Origin: Clostridiaceae bacterium
GTDB lineage: Bacteria > Bacillota > Clostridia > Acetivibrionales > DTU013
Direction: 5' to 3'
DNA: 64,000 bases
NCBI GenBank assembly: GCA_012519745.1
Contig: JAAYPO010000011.1
Location: 21,541-85,540, forward strand
Under the pieces are notes generated by a model, which saw nothing but the letters and a program-made list of their open reading frames with translations, was not told the DNA's origin and ran no database searches. Shown piece by piece: positions 26,905 through 36,246 of this stretch. The position numbers were made by a program, and so were the translations under genes. The stretch's first letter is position 1; each line of letters starts with the position of its first letter.

Positions 26905-28446
26905 ATGTTCAAAACGATATTCACCAAGCTCATTGCCATTTTCCTGCTCATACTGACTGTTGCCTTTGCAATAGCAGGCTTTATGCTGAACTTCTTCCTT
27001 GATGACTATGTGACCGAGGAAAAGGCCAGTACACTGGAGATAGCGGCATCATGGGTGAACCGTGTGTTTGAAAACTATCTTGATTTACTGGATCTGAATG
27101 ACTATGTCAATGTTGCAGCGTCGGAACTGCTGCTAAGAGATTCTCTTGTCAACTATGGCAATTATTTTGAGTCATACATATGGATAGTGAGCCAGGATGG
27201 CTATCTGTTCCGCTCAAACTGGGATATGCCGCAGCTTATCGCAAACAAGTATTCGGATGAAACGGGATATGTGAGGATACCGGACAACAGCCTTCCCAAA
27301 TTGGTGCAGTCGGAAGCAACCATCAGGACTGTGGGGGATTTTGGCGGGTTTTTCAAAGATCCGTATTTTTCAGAACACGGTGATATATGGCTGACAGTGG
27401 CCCGGTCATTCAAATACAAGGCGGCAAACGGAAAGGATACGATGGTCATCATATATCTCCACACTCCGGTGGAAGAGGTCAAAGCAGTACGTATAAAGGT
27501 GCTGACGTATTTTGCCATTTCAGGAGCCGTCGCAATGGGCGCTGCAGTAGTTCTGATCTATTTCTTTTCCGGTAAGCTTTCCAATCCTCTGAAGCAGATA
27601 AAGTACGCTGCATCAAGGATCTCCAACGGTGAATTTGAGAAAAGGGTAAATATTAAGTCCAGGGATGAGGTGGGAGAGCTGGCAAAGGCCTTCAATCATA
27701 TGGCTGACGCGCTGCAGAGCATAGAAGAGATGCGCCGGGGCTTCGTTGCAAACGTCTCCCATGAGCTCAGAACGCCTATGACATCCATAAGGGGCTTCGT
27801 AGAAGGCATACTTGACGGCACCATACCCCAGGAGAAGCAAAACCATTACCTCACTATAGTCAGAGATGAGACAAACAGACTCAACAGACTGGTGAACGAT
27901 CTGCTGGATCTGGCCAGGATGGAAGCCGGAGAGATAAAGCTCAATTTTGTGGTCTTCGATATAAATGAATTGCTGCGCCGGTGTGTCATAAAGCTTGAGG
28001 CGCTGCTGCTGGAGAAGGAACTGATAGTAGATGCGGATTTTGAAGAGGAGGACATGCCGGTTTGGGCTGATCAGGATGCTATAGAAAGGGTAGTGTACAA
28101 TTTGATGCACAATGCTATCAAGTTTACACCAGCAGGCGGCAAGATCGGCCTGATAACCTGCAGACACAAGGATGTAACAGAGGTGACGGTGAAGGATACC
28201 GGTATCGGGATAGAGCCGGAGGAGCTTGACATGATCTGGGACAGATTCTATAAATCCGACAAATCAAGGGGCCGCGACAAGACCGGTACAGGCCTGGGCC
28301 TTGCCATCGCAAGGAATATCATCAACGAACACGGACAGACCATCCGGGCTGAAAGCAAGCCGGGAGAGGGAACCACTTTTGTTTTTACTCTTGCCTGTGC
28401 AAGCCGGGAAAATGATGAATATACGAAGCCGGAAGCATATGATTAA
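26905..28446 (+). CDS. Sensor histidine kinase (2 TM, HAMP, HisKA, HATPase_c)
   Basis: H-box SHELRTPMTSI, N-box NLMHNAIKFT, G-boxes DTGIGI and GTGLGLAI. Confidence 0.92.
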   Translation: MFKTIFTKLIAIFLLILTVAFAIAGFMLNFFLDDYVTEEKASTLEIAASWVNRVFENYLDLLDLNDYVNVAASELLLRDSLVNYGNYFESYIWIVSQDGYLFRSNWDMPQLIANKYSDETGYVRIPDNSLPKLVQSEATIRTVGDFGGFFKDPYFSEHGDIWLTVARSFKYKAANGKDTMVIIYLHTPVEEVKAVRIKVLTYFAISGAVAMGAAVVLIYFFSGKLSNPLKQIKYAASRISNGEFEKRVNIKSRDEVGELAKAFNHMADALQSIEEMRRGFVANVSHELRTPMTSIRGFVEGILDGTIPQEKQNHYLTIVRDETNRLNRLVNDLLDLARMEAGEIKLNFVVFDINELLRRCVIKLEALLLEKELIVDADFEEEDMPVWADQDAIERVVYNLMHNAIKFTPAGGKIGLITCRHKDVTEVTVKDTGIGIEPEELDMIWDRFYKSDKSRGRDKTGTGLGLAIARNIINEHGQTIRAESKPGEGTTFVFTLACASRENDEYTKPEAYD

Positions 28447-28552
28447 AGTTAACAGATTATTCATAGAATCTTCAAATTGGGGCTATACAATATAGATATG
28501 AGATCAGTATAGGATATCAGGCAATTATTTGTACAGCGGGGAGGTTATATTC

Positions 28553-29965
28553 ATGGATATATTTGATAGAGATGAAAACAATGAATTGAATCATACAGAA
28601 TTCAGCGGTTCTACAAACCGTGATAATTCAATGGGATCACATGAGATCCCGGAACAGCCGCAGCCACAGCCAGAGCAGCTGTATGTAAAGCCGCAGCAGA
28701 CCGTACGGCTGTCTGAACCACAGCAGCAGAAAAATCAGCATTACTATAAGGAGAATGTCAAGAAGACAAAGCAGAGGAAAATCGGAGCCGGTCATCTGAT
28801 ACTTGTATCGGTTTTAAGCTCTCTGCTCGGAGCAGGGATCATGTTTGCATCTGTTGTCTATGTTGCACCTATCATCAGACCGGGAGCAGGCAAGCTGTTG
28901 GGGATGCCCGTCGGTGCTTCCGAGGCTTCTGTTGGAGATAACGGCATTTATAAGAAGGTGGAGATAACTCAGTCTACATCTCCCGTGGAAGCCATCGCAG
29001 AAAAAGTCGGCCCCTCGATAGTGGGCATACAGATAACTGTGCCTTCCAGAAGCAATTTCGGATTTTTCTTCGATCTTGAGCGCAACGGTGTTGGGTACGG
29101 TTCAGGAATAATCATTCGAAAAGACGGCTATATACTGACCAACAACCATGTTATAGAGGGTGCCGTATCAAGCCAGATGTCAAACAAGCTCATCGATGGT
29201 GCCAAAATCGAAGTGATTTTGCCCGGTGACAAGAGCAAGCTTTACGATGCGCAAATAGTCGGAAGAGACTCAAAAACCGACATAGCAGTACTAAAGATCA
29301 ATTTGGATAATCTGCCGGCAGTTGAGCTTGGCAATTCCGATGAGGTCAGGATCGGCCAGTTGGCAGTGGCCATCGGAAATCCGGGAGGCATGGATTACAT
29401 GGGCTCTGTCACTGCAGGAGTAATAAGCGGGGTAGACAGGTCTATAGTGATGGACAACGGACAGGAGCTGAAACTGCTGCAGACAGATGCTGCCATCAAT
29501 CCCGGCAACAGCGGCGGCGCACTTGTGAACTCCCAGGGCCAGGTGATCGGCGTGAATACGATAAAAATAGCGGCCACTGATGTGGAAGGGATCGGCTTTG
29601 CAATACCGATCAACCATGCGAATGAAATCGCGGAGAGTCTGATCGAGCACAGGTATGTCAAAGACAGACCATATATTGGTGTAGTGATTGACAATACATT
29701 CACAAAGGAAGATGCAGAGAGACTAAAGGTGCCTAACGGGCTTCTCGTATATGAAGTACAGCCATTGAGCGCAGCATATAAGGCAGGCATCCATACAGGT
29801 GACATAATCACTAAGTTCGATGGTAAGACCATAGCTGAGTTCAAGGACCTGGAGGATCAGAAGAACACCCATAAACCCGGTGACAAGGTCATGGTGGAAG
29901 TATACAGGGATGGTGAGACCATCGCCCTTGAAATGATCCTGGGTGAGGAGAAAAATATAGATTAA
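28553..29965 (+). CDS. htrA: HtrA/DegP-family membrane-anchored serine protease with PDZ domain
   Basis: Catalytic triad contexts TNNHV, DIAVLK and GNSGGAL, with a C-terminal PDZ domain. ATG at 28553 after GGGGAGG. Adjacent to the TCS, in a CssRS-HtrA-like arrangement. Confidence 0.88.
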   Translation: MDIFDRDENNELNHTEFSGSTNRDNSMGSHEIPEQPQPQPEQLYVKPQQTVRLSEPQQQKNQHYYKENVKKTKQRKIGAGHLILVSVLSSLLGAGIMFASVVYVAPIIRPGAGKLLGMPVGASEASVGDNGIYKKVEITQSTSPVEAIAEKVGPSIVGIQITVPSRSNFGFFFDLERNGVGYGSGIIIRKDGYILTNNHVIEGAVSSQMSNKLIDGAKIEVILPGDKSKLYDAQIVGRDSKTDIAVLKINLDNLPAVELGNSDEVRIGQLAVAIGNPGGMDYMGSVTAGVISGVDRSIVMDNGQELKLLQTDAAINPGNSGGALVNSQGQVIGVNTIKIAATDVEGIGFAIPINHANEIAESLIEHRYVKDRPYIGVVIDNTFTKEDAERLKVPNGLLVYEVQPLSAAYKAGIHTGDIITKFDGKTIAEFKDLEDQKNTHKPGDKVMVEVYRDGETIALEMILGEEKNID

Positions 29966-29989
29966 ACCCTCCACATAAAATAGAACAGA

Positions 29990-30036
29990 GGGGACGTGGA
30001 TTTTGCAAGTCAAAAACCGCGTCCCCTTTGTTTCCT
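29990..30036 (+). terminator. Rho-independent terminator after htrA
   Basis: GGGGACG...CGTCCCC stem followed by TTTGTTT. Confidence 0.7.
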
Positions 30037-30110
30037 TTTCGGAATAACATGGGGCAAATGCAAATAGTATAGTACATATATTAAAAACTTGTCTATACGG
30101 GGTTTTGGAA

Positions 30111-30881
30111 ATGAAGCTTTATGTTTTCAATTATCACAGGCTGACAGCCTACTTGCTGATGCTGTTGTCTGTAATAGCTGTCATGGCTTTACTGAGTGTG
30201 CCAAAGTCTGGCATAAGAGGTGTTTTTGCTGTCCAGAGGCAGGTGCCTGTATATTCGGTGGATACTGAAGAGAAGGTGGCGGCTGTCACATTTGACTGCG
30301 CCTGGGGAGCAGAGGACATCCCGCGGATATTGGATACTCTGAGGGAGGCTGATGTAAAAGCGACATTTTTTATGGTTGGCCAGTGGGCTGAGAAAAATCC
30401 GGAAATGGTAAAGATGATGGCGCAGGAGGGACATGATACTGCAAACCACTCTTACTCGCATTTCAGGATGGGTGCTCTGGACAGTGGAAAAATCTGTACC
30501 GAGATCAAAGAATGCGGTGATGTCATCGAGAAGCTGACGGACTCAAAATGCGATCTTTTCAGGGCTCCATATGGAGACTACAGCAACAGGCTTTTGTCTG
30601 AGGCAAAGCAGCTTGGGTATTATACCATCCAATGGGATGTGGATTCGCTGGATTGGAAACCGGACATAAGCAAGGCGGAGATATTGCAGAGAGTCCGAAG
30701 CAAAACCAGGCCAGGCTCTATTATCCTGTTCCACAATGACACTCCCCATACCGCAGAGCTGCTGCCTGAAATAATAGCGGAGCTTAAGTCCGGAGGATAT
30801 AAGCTTGTTCCCGTATCTGAGCTTATAATGAGAGAGGACTATTACATCGATCATGAGGGGAGACAGAAAAAAAGTACATAA
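30111..30881 (+). CDS. Polysaccharide deacetylase (NodB homology domain), PdaB-like
   Basis: N-terminal TM segment, TFDCAWG and HSYSH motifs, LFHND. Confidence 0.8.
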   Translation: MKLYVFNYHRLTAYLLMLLSVIAVMALLSVPKSGIRGVFAVQRQVPVYSVDTEEKVAAVTFDCAWGAEDIPRILDTLREADVKATFFMVGQWAEKNPEMVKMMAQEGHDTANHSYSHFRMGALDSGKICTEIKECGDVIEKLTDSKCDLFRAPYGDYSNRLLSEAKQLGYYTIQWDVDSLDWKPDISKAEILQRVRSKTRPGSIILFHNDTPHTAELLPEIIAELKSGGYKLVPVSELIMREDYYIDHEGRQKKST

Positions 30882-30943
30882 AATAAAAATAAAAAGCACA
30901 TCATAGAATAGGATCGCCAATTTTGACAAATGAGGTTGAAAAT

Positions 30944-31606
30944 ATGCTTGTAGCAGGTATCCTTGGAAGTGAAGGCAAGCTGCAGACAGCCGGTATCATC
31001 AGTTCCATGCTTGCGTCAAAAGGTGAGAAAGTAAGCGTCATTGACCCTGCGGGCATGCCAGGGATGGACAGCAAAAGGATAGCAGCTTATATAAGTGAGC
31101 TTGAAAAGAATAATGTAGATATGCTGATACTAAAAATGGACATCCTCGATATAGACAAATACATAACCGATGAGCTGTCCTTCGATATCCTGATCTATAC
31201 TGACAAATCAAACGACATTTCCCTTATGGGGAAAACTGAATATATATCAAGACTTGACAAGGTTTTTTCACTGATCGATGACAAGGGCGTTGCTATTGTA
31301 AATGTAGATGACAGCGATATGATCAAACTTCTAAATGGGAAGATGTATAAAGTAATAACATATGGCTTCAATACAAAAGCAAGTATAACGACCTCGAGTA
31401 TTGGCGACAGGGTTTATAAGGACGGCTTCATTTGCTGTCTCCAGAGGTCCATCTCCACCCGGGGCGGAAAAATCATCGAGCCCCAGGAGTATAAGATACG
31501 TCTTGATGCAGGTGACCTTGACAGTCACAATCTGTTGGCAGCAGCCTCTTTTGCCATCGTCAACGGCATCGACCTGAATTCTGTCGACGAAAACCCTACG
31601 ATGTGA
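30944..31606 (+). CDS. Short Mur-ligase-like protein: central domain only, degenerate P-loop
   Basis: It aligns by eye with the MurE central domain in this same window. GILGSEGKLQT matches GITGTKGKTTT, FDILIYTDKSND matches FDTGVFTNLSRDH, AIVNVDD matches GLVNLDS and HNLLAAASFAIVNGIDL matches YNALAAAGVCGLLGIEE. The N-terminal and C-terminal Mur domains are absent. Confidence 0.6.
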   Translation: MLVAGILGSEGKLQTAGIISSMLASKGEKVSVIDPAGMPGMDSKRIAAYISELEKNNVDMLILKMDILDIDKYITDELSFDILIYTDKSNDISLMGKTEYISRLDKVFSLIDDKGVAIVNVDDSDMIKLLNGKMYKVITYGFNTKASITTSSIGDRVYKDGFICCLQRSISTRGGKIIEPQEYKIRLDAGDLDSHNLLAAASFAIVNGIDLNSVDENPTM

Positions 31607-31638
31607 CCGAGATAAATGCCAAAATATGAATTAATGAT

Positions 31639-31666
31639 TTGCAAGTCGCAAAATATGTAATATAAT
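31639..31666 (+). promoter_or_regulatory. Candidate sigma-A promoter upstream of the SSB-like gene
   Basis: TTGCAA-N16-TATAAT. It leaves an untranslated leader of about 180 nt. Confidence 0.45.
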
Positions 31667-31847
31667 ATAACATAGTAATCTAAATGTGCGGCTGGACCTG
31701 TAAATAAGATCCGTATTATTTTATATAGATATGGGACGCTGATGTATGGAATACTTTTTTATTCTAAAACATGCCATTCTCGAATAAACATACATTAGAA
31801 AAATGCGAAAAAATACAGATGAACCTTGAGAGGAGAGTGGGGGTCGG

Positions 31848-32513
31848 ATGGTCGGAAATATCATAGAGAACAATATGGCGACTATTTCCGGAAAGGTTGT
31901 TTCCAATGTCGAGTTCAGTCACGAAGTTTACGGTGAAGGGTTTTACTACTTCATGCTGGAGGTGCCAAGACTGAGCGACAGCTGCGACAGGATACCTGTT
32001 ACCATATCGGAGAGGCTTACCAGCAAGGAAAAGCTTGCGGTAGGCACGATCATTGAGGTGGAGGGTCAGTTCCGCTCATACAACAGCTACAACAGCGAAG
32101 GAAACAAACTGTTGCTGACAGTCTTTGCAAGAGATATAGTCTTTTTGGAGGACGAGAAAAAAATCAAGAACCCCAACCAGATATATCTGAACGGATTCAT
32201 TTGCAAGAGGCCTATTTACAGGACAACTCCCTTTGGGAGAGAAATAACGGATATATTGCTGGCCGTAAACCGTCCGTACAATAAATCTGATTACATACCC
32301 TGTATTGCGTGGGGCAGAAACGCCAGATTCTCTGAAAAGCTTTCTGTTGGTGACAATATAAAGATCTGGGGGAGGATCCAGAGCAGGACATACCAGAAAA
32401 AGCTGGAGTCGGGAGAGGTAATCAACAAGGTGGCATATGAAGTATCGGTATCCAAGATGGAGATAGCCGGAAAGGATGAGGATGACGGCGGAGGCGATAA
32501 CAGCGATATGTGA
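31848..32513 (+). CDS. Tandem OB-fold single-stranded-DNA-binding-like protein with acidic C-terminal tail
   Basis: Two SSB-type OB repeats in one 221-aa chain; the second has IAWGRNARF...GDNIKIWGRIQSRTYQ. The tail is DEDDGGGDNSDM and lacks the canonical SSB IPF tip. Confidence 0.7.
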   Translation: MVGNIIENNMATISGKVVSNVEFSHEVYGEGFYYFMLEVPRLSDSCDRIPVTISERLTSKEKLAVGTIIEVEGQFRSYNSYNSEGNKLLLTVFARDIVFLEDEKKIKNPNQIYLNGFICKRPIYRTTPFGREITDILLAVNRPYNKSDYIPCIAWGRNARFSEKLSVGDNIKIWGRIQSRTYQKKLESGEVINKVAYEVSVSKMEIAGKDEDDGGGDNSDM

Positions 32514-32523
32514 TAGGAAACAG

Positions 32524-32550
32524 GGCCGGAAGAATCCGGCCTTTTATTTT
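32524..32550 (+). terminator. Rho-independent terminator
   Basis: GGCCGGA / TCCGGCC stem followed by TTTTATTTT. Confidence 0.75.
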
Positions 32551-32579
32551 ACCAAAAGCGAAAAAGGAAGGTATCGATC

Positions 32580-32990
32580 ATGATCAAAATCTTGTACGGC
32601 CCGAAGGGCTCGGGCAAAACAAAGGCATTAGTCAGTTCGGCCAACAACAGGGCAAAGGAGTCCAAGGGCGTCGTAGTATTCATCGATGACAGTACGAAGC
32701 TGATGTACGACCTGAAGCATGAGATCAGGTTCGTCAATATGTCGGAATTCCCCAGACTCAGCAATGATGGCTTTTTTGGATTTTTGTGCGGCATCCTTTC
32801 ACAGAACTACGATATCGAAGGTGTTTTCATCGACAGACTGAATTTTATTACAAATGAAAACGTCCAGGAATTCGGGGCCTTTTTCGAGAAACTGGGAAAG
32901 ATAGCAGAGGTGCATGATACTGAGTTTTTTATCACATTCAACGGACCGGCAGATGAAATGCCCGATTTCCTGAAGAAATATGCCCAATGA
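32580..32990 (+). CDS. Minimal P-loop ATPase (136 aa), function unknown
   Basis: Walker A GPKGSGKT and Walker B-like VVVFIDD. RBS AAAAGGAAGG. Confidence 0.6.
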   Translation: MIKILYGPKGSGKTKALVSSANNRAKESKGVVVFIDDSTKLMYDLKHEIRFVNMSEFPRLSNDGFFGFLCGILSQNYDIEGVFIDRLNFITNENVQEFGAFFEKLGKIAEVHDTEFFITFNGPADEMPDFLKKYAQ

Positions 32991-33017
32991 CCGGTCACAG
33001 AAATAAGAGTTCATTAT

Positions 33018-33040
33018 AACCAGCGGAATGCTGGTTTTTT
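33018..33040 (+). terminator. Rho-independent terminator
   Basis: AACCAGC ggaat GCTGGTT followed by T6. Confidence 0.7.
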
Positions 33041-33043
33041 CTT

Positions 33044-34006
33044 TTATTCTCTTTCTTCAAAGGATTTTTGAAGCTCCGTGATGTTGTTGAGCACGATCTT
33101 GCCTTTAATGCCGGTTATCTGACTGTTTTTTTCTTCAACCACCTTCTTGAGGTCATAAATCGAGAAGTCGAGCTTGTCCTCGATCTTCTTCTGCTCCTTC
33201 TCAAGGGTGTTTCGAAGCAGGGACCATGATTTCTCAAGGGCCTCATTATCCTTTGCAACCTGCACCCAGCCCTCTTTGTCGGATTCAAGGATGATATTTC
33301 TGGTGTAATATATCATCCTTTTTACCTCCGGAGACATTTTTACTCGATATAGGGAGTACAGATCCGGTATATATGAGTACAGCTTATTTGCTGAGGCAAG
33401 TACCTTCTTCTTGTCTTTGGAGTCTATTGTTTCTGTCAGAGAGTTCAAAGCATTGTCGAAATTATCCACCAGCTTCATGTTGGCTCCCTTTTTTGCTATT
33501 TCCGGCATCAGATCGTTCCACTGATAATGCAGCTTGGTTATGATACTGCTGACCTGGGGCCATTTATCAGATTCCTTCTGTGCAGTTTCTTTTCCGCCCT
33601 GCTGCTTATTTTCTTTCTCACTGTCGTCGGGCTTTGTGCCCTGCTGCTGATCGTCTTTCTGACCGCTGTCCTGCTTCGGTTTGTCTTTCTGGCCTTCATC
33701 TTGCTGTGTGTCCTGCTGCTTGGCATCATTCTCATGACCCTCCTGCTGGCTGTCTTTGTTGTCCTGGCCAGACTCCCGGATCTTCACACTGGGACCTCCA
33801 AGGGTTTCAAAAAGCATTTCTATCTGGGCTTCAGTCTTTTTGAGCTTCTCAGACTCTTTTTCAGAAGACTGCTTTTCCCGGATGGCCTGAAGCTCGGCAT
33901 TCTGCTGCTGACCCTTGTTGCCCGAACATCCGGTCATGATCATAGGTATATACACAATGGATGCAGTTACTATAATGATCCTTATCAGCTTTAGTATGTT
34001 TTGCAA
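33044..34006 (-). CDS. Putative lipoprotein with Q/D/K/E-rich low-complexity linker
   Basis: TTG start at 34006, 8 nt after GGAGG. Signal peptide with lipobox (IVYIPMIMTGC). A polar linker of about 110 aa precedes a helical C-terminal domain. The track ORF extends to 34135. Confidence 0.65.
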   Translation of the reverse strand: MQNILKLIRIIIVTASIVYIPMIMTGCSGNKGQQQNAELQAIREKQSSEKESEKLKKTEAQIEMLFETLGGPSVKIRESGQDNKDSQQEGHENDAKQQDTQQDEGQKDKPKQDSGQKDDQQQGTKPDDSEKENKQQGGKETAQKESDKWPQVSSIITKLHYQWNDLMPEIAKKGANMKLVDNFDNALNSLTETIDSKDKKKVLASANKLYSYIPDLYSLYRVKMSPEVKRMIYYTRNIILESDKEGWVQVAKDNEALEKSWSLLRNTLEKEQKKIEDKLDFSIYDLKKVVEEKNSQITGIKGKIVLNNITELQKSFEERE

Positions 34007-34201
34007 TGAAAATACCTCCACTCCAGCCTGTGACTGTGCAAATTTATTATGGGTAAAAAGCTGAAGAATAATACAAGCGTCATAAAAATAACTATGTGAT
34101 ACATCGGATGAAAAAATTACATAAAGGTATTTCATTAAATATGTCCAATTAATTAATTATTAATGTATACTATTTCTGAACATACTTTAAAGGAGATCAA
34201 A

Positions 34202-34504
34202 ATGAGTCTTACTGTCAATATGTGGTCATGGAAGGAAGGGGAGCTGAAAAGGTTCCTTGAAAGCTATTATGAAAGTGAAGTCAGTGTAGCGGATGACGGA
34301 AGCTGGGTATGTGAATATGCAAGACCTGTCCAGGCTGTTGATATCATCAGCGCCGTCATTGACAACAATGACAAATATCAGATAGTGATCTGTATACAGA
34401 TTGACGGGGGACAGCTTTACCATGTGACACCCGATAATATGAATGAGACCATAAGGGATATTTTTCTGCTCTTTTACAATGAGAATCGGCTGTGCTGCAG
34501 CTGA
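34202..34504 (+). CDS. Hypothetical small protein (100 aa)
   Basis: ATG at 34202 preceded by AAAGGAGA. No motif recognised. Confidence 0.45.
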   Translation: MSLTVNMWSWKEGELKRFLESYYESEVSVADDGSWVCEYARPVQAVDIISAVIDNNDKYQIVICIQIDGGQLYHVTPDNMNETIRDIFLLFYNENRLCCS

Positions 34505-34534
34505 TATGGCCGGCCTGATATGGCTGGCCGGTGG

Positions 34535-36136
34535 TCATGAAAGCATGTTGAAAATGTCAAGCATCCCGTTCTCGGACCCCTCCAGCTCACGCTTGAAGTA
34601 GTCAAGGCTCTCCTCTACAACATCGTTAAGCAGTTTCTGACCAAGCACTTCGACCGGAGCCAGGTCGTCAGTTAGGACATACTGTGTACCGGTGACCTCG
34701 GAGTATCCGTTTAAAACTCTGTTTGCCAGTATTATCAAAGGGCTGTCATCATCGAGCATTGATATATTGTCCTCCAGGTTTTGCAGACAGCCGGTGTCAT
34801 CTGAGGAATAGCACAGGGTGTTTGTGATGCCCGGGATGTCGTACTTATATACCCTGGCCATTTTGGTCTTTAGCGTATTGGTAAGATAGTCGGTTATTTC
34901 TGTGGTGTTTGAGCTTCTCATGTTAATATTGACCATCAGGATCCCGTCGGGCTTCAGATGTTCCTTTACCTCCGAAAAGAACTCGGTGGTTGCCATGTGG
35001 AAGGGGATGGTGATGTCATGGTAGGCATCGCACAGTATGATATCATACATTCCTGCCTGAGGAGATGATAAAAAGGTGCGGCCGTCGTTCACATATACTG
35101 TTGCCTCTTCATCTGTGAGCTGAAAATACTCTTTTGAAAGATCGACGATTTTTTCATCTATTTCCACACCTGTTATATTGCTGTTTGGGAAAAAGTACTT
35201 GCATTCTTTTGCAAACGTCCCCGTGCCCATTCCCAGCACCAGGATATCAAGGGGCTTTTCTGTACTGCCGTCCCTGAGCATAAGCGGTGACATCAGGGCA
35301 TAGTCGTAGTAGTAGCCTGAGAGTATCCGGTCTCTTCTGTAGATCGACTGCACACCAAAGGCAACATTGGTGGAAAGGATCACTGAATCGTCCTTTTCAG
35401 CTACCTGGAGGTAATTGTAAAGAGACTCGTCCTCCAGGACCACATCAGTCCAAAAGGCATAAGAGGTTTTGAAGGGCATAATGAGAAATGCTGCCGTCAG
35501 CACCGTAGTTATGATCCCTTTGACGAAGCCTTTTTTAGTCGATATAAAATAATACAGACATATTAAATTGAGGGATAGTGCAAATACCAGAAAGGATTTC
35601 AAGGTCCCTATGTAAGGGATGGTCAGAAATGTGGGGATAAATGTACCGATTATACTGCCTATTGTCGATGCTGCGTATATTTCACCTGTAGTACGGCCGC
35701 TTTTTTCCATATCCTTTACTCCAAGCTTCACCAGATACGGAGATACCATACCAAGTATAAGCAGCGGAGCTGAGAAAACCAGCAAGCAGGACAATACGGA
35801 GCCTGCAACAAGGAGGTTTGACGGAAGCAGCCACGCCATAGCCAGCGCAGACAGGGCTATCACATACTTACCCACCAGGGGGATTACAGCCACCCAAAGG
35901 GCTGCCACCCACAGCATCTTGAATAATCTGCCAAGATCGTTGTGCTTGTCGGCTGAACGGCCTCCCAGTACATTCCCTATACTCATGGCTATCATGATCA
36001 GACCGATGACTACCGTATATACTATTGAGGAGGTGCCGAAATACGGCGCCAGGAGCCTTGTGGCCGAAAGCTCGACTCCCATTACCGACATGCCGCACAA
36101 AAATGAAGTAATGTAAATGAACATATTTTTTTTCAT
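34535..36136 (-). CDS. Fused membrane (MFS-like, ~7 TM) / spermidine-synthase-like aminopropyltransferase
   Basis: N-terminal half is polytopic. C-terminal half has a SAM-binding GMGTGT motif and a DIILCDAY acidic motif typical of the SpeE fold. Confidence 0.75.
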   Translation of the reverse strand: MKKNMFIYITSFLCGMSVMGVELSATRLLAPYFGTSSIVYTVVIGLIMIAMSIGNVLGGRSADKHNDLGRLFKMLWVAALWVAVIPLVGKYVIALSALAMAWLLPSNLLVAGSVLSCLLVFSAPLLILGMVSPYLVKLGVKDMEKSGRTTGEIYAASTIGSIIGTFIPTFLTIPYIGTLKSFLVFALSLNLICLYYFISTKKGFVKGIITTVLTAAFLIMPFKTSYAFWTDVVLEDESLYNYLQVAEKDDSVILSTNVAFGVQSIYRRDRILSGYYYDYALMSPLMLRDGSTEKPLDILVLGMGTGTFAKECKYFFPNSNITGVEIDEKIVDLSKEYFQLTDEEATVYVNDGRTFLSSPQAGMYDIILCDAYHDITIPFHMATTEFFSEVKEHLKPDGILMVNINMRSSNTTEITDYLTNTLKTKMARVYKYDIPGITNTLCYSSDDTGCLQNLEDNISMLDDDSPLIILANRVLNGYSEVTGTQYVLTDDLAPVEVLGQKLLNDVVEESLDYFKRELEGSENGMLDIFNMLS

Positions 36137-36246
36137 ATAAAGCTGACCCCCTGAGTTTATTATGTAGACGATTTATAGTTTATACCAAAAAAGGCAGGTT
36201 GTGAAGTACTTGTTTAAAGTGATAATATTATGCCGGAGGGCTTGAT

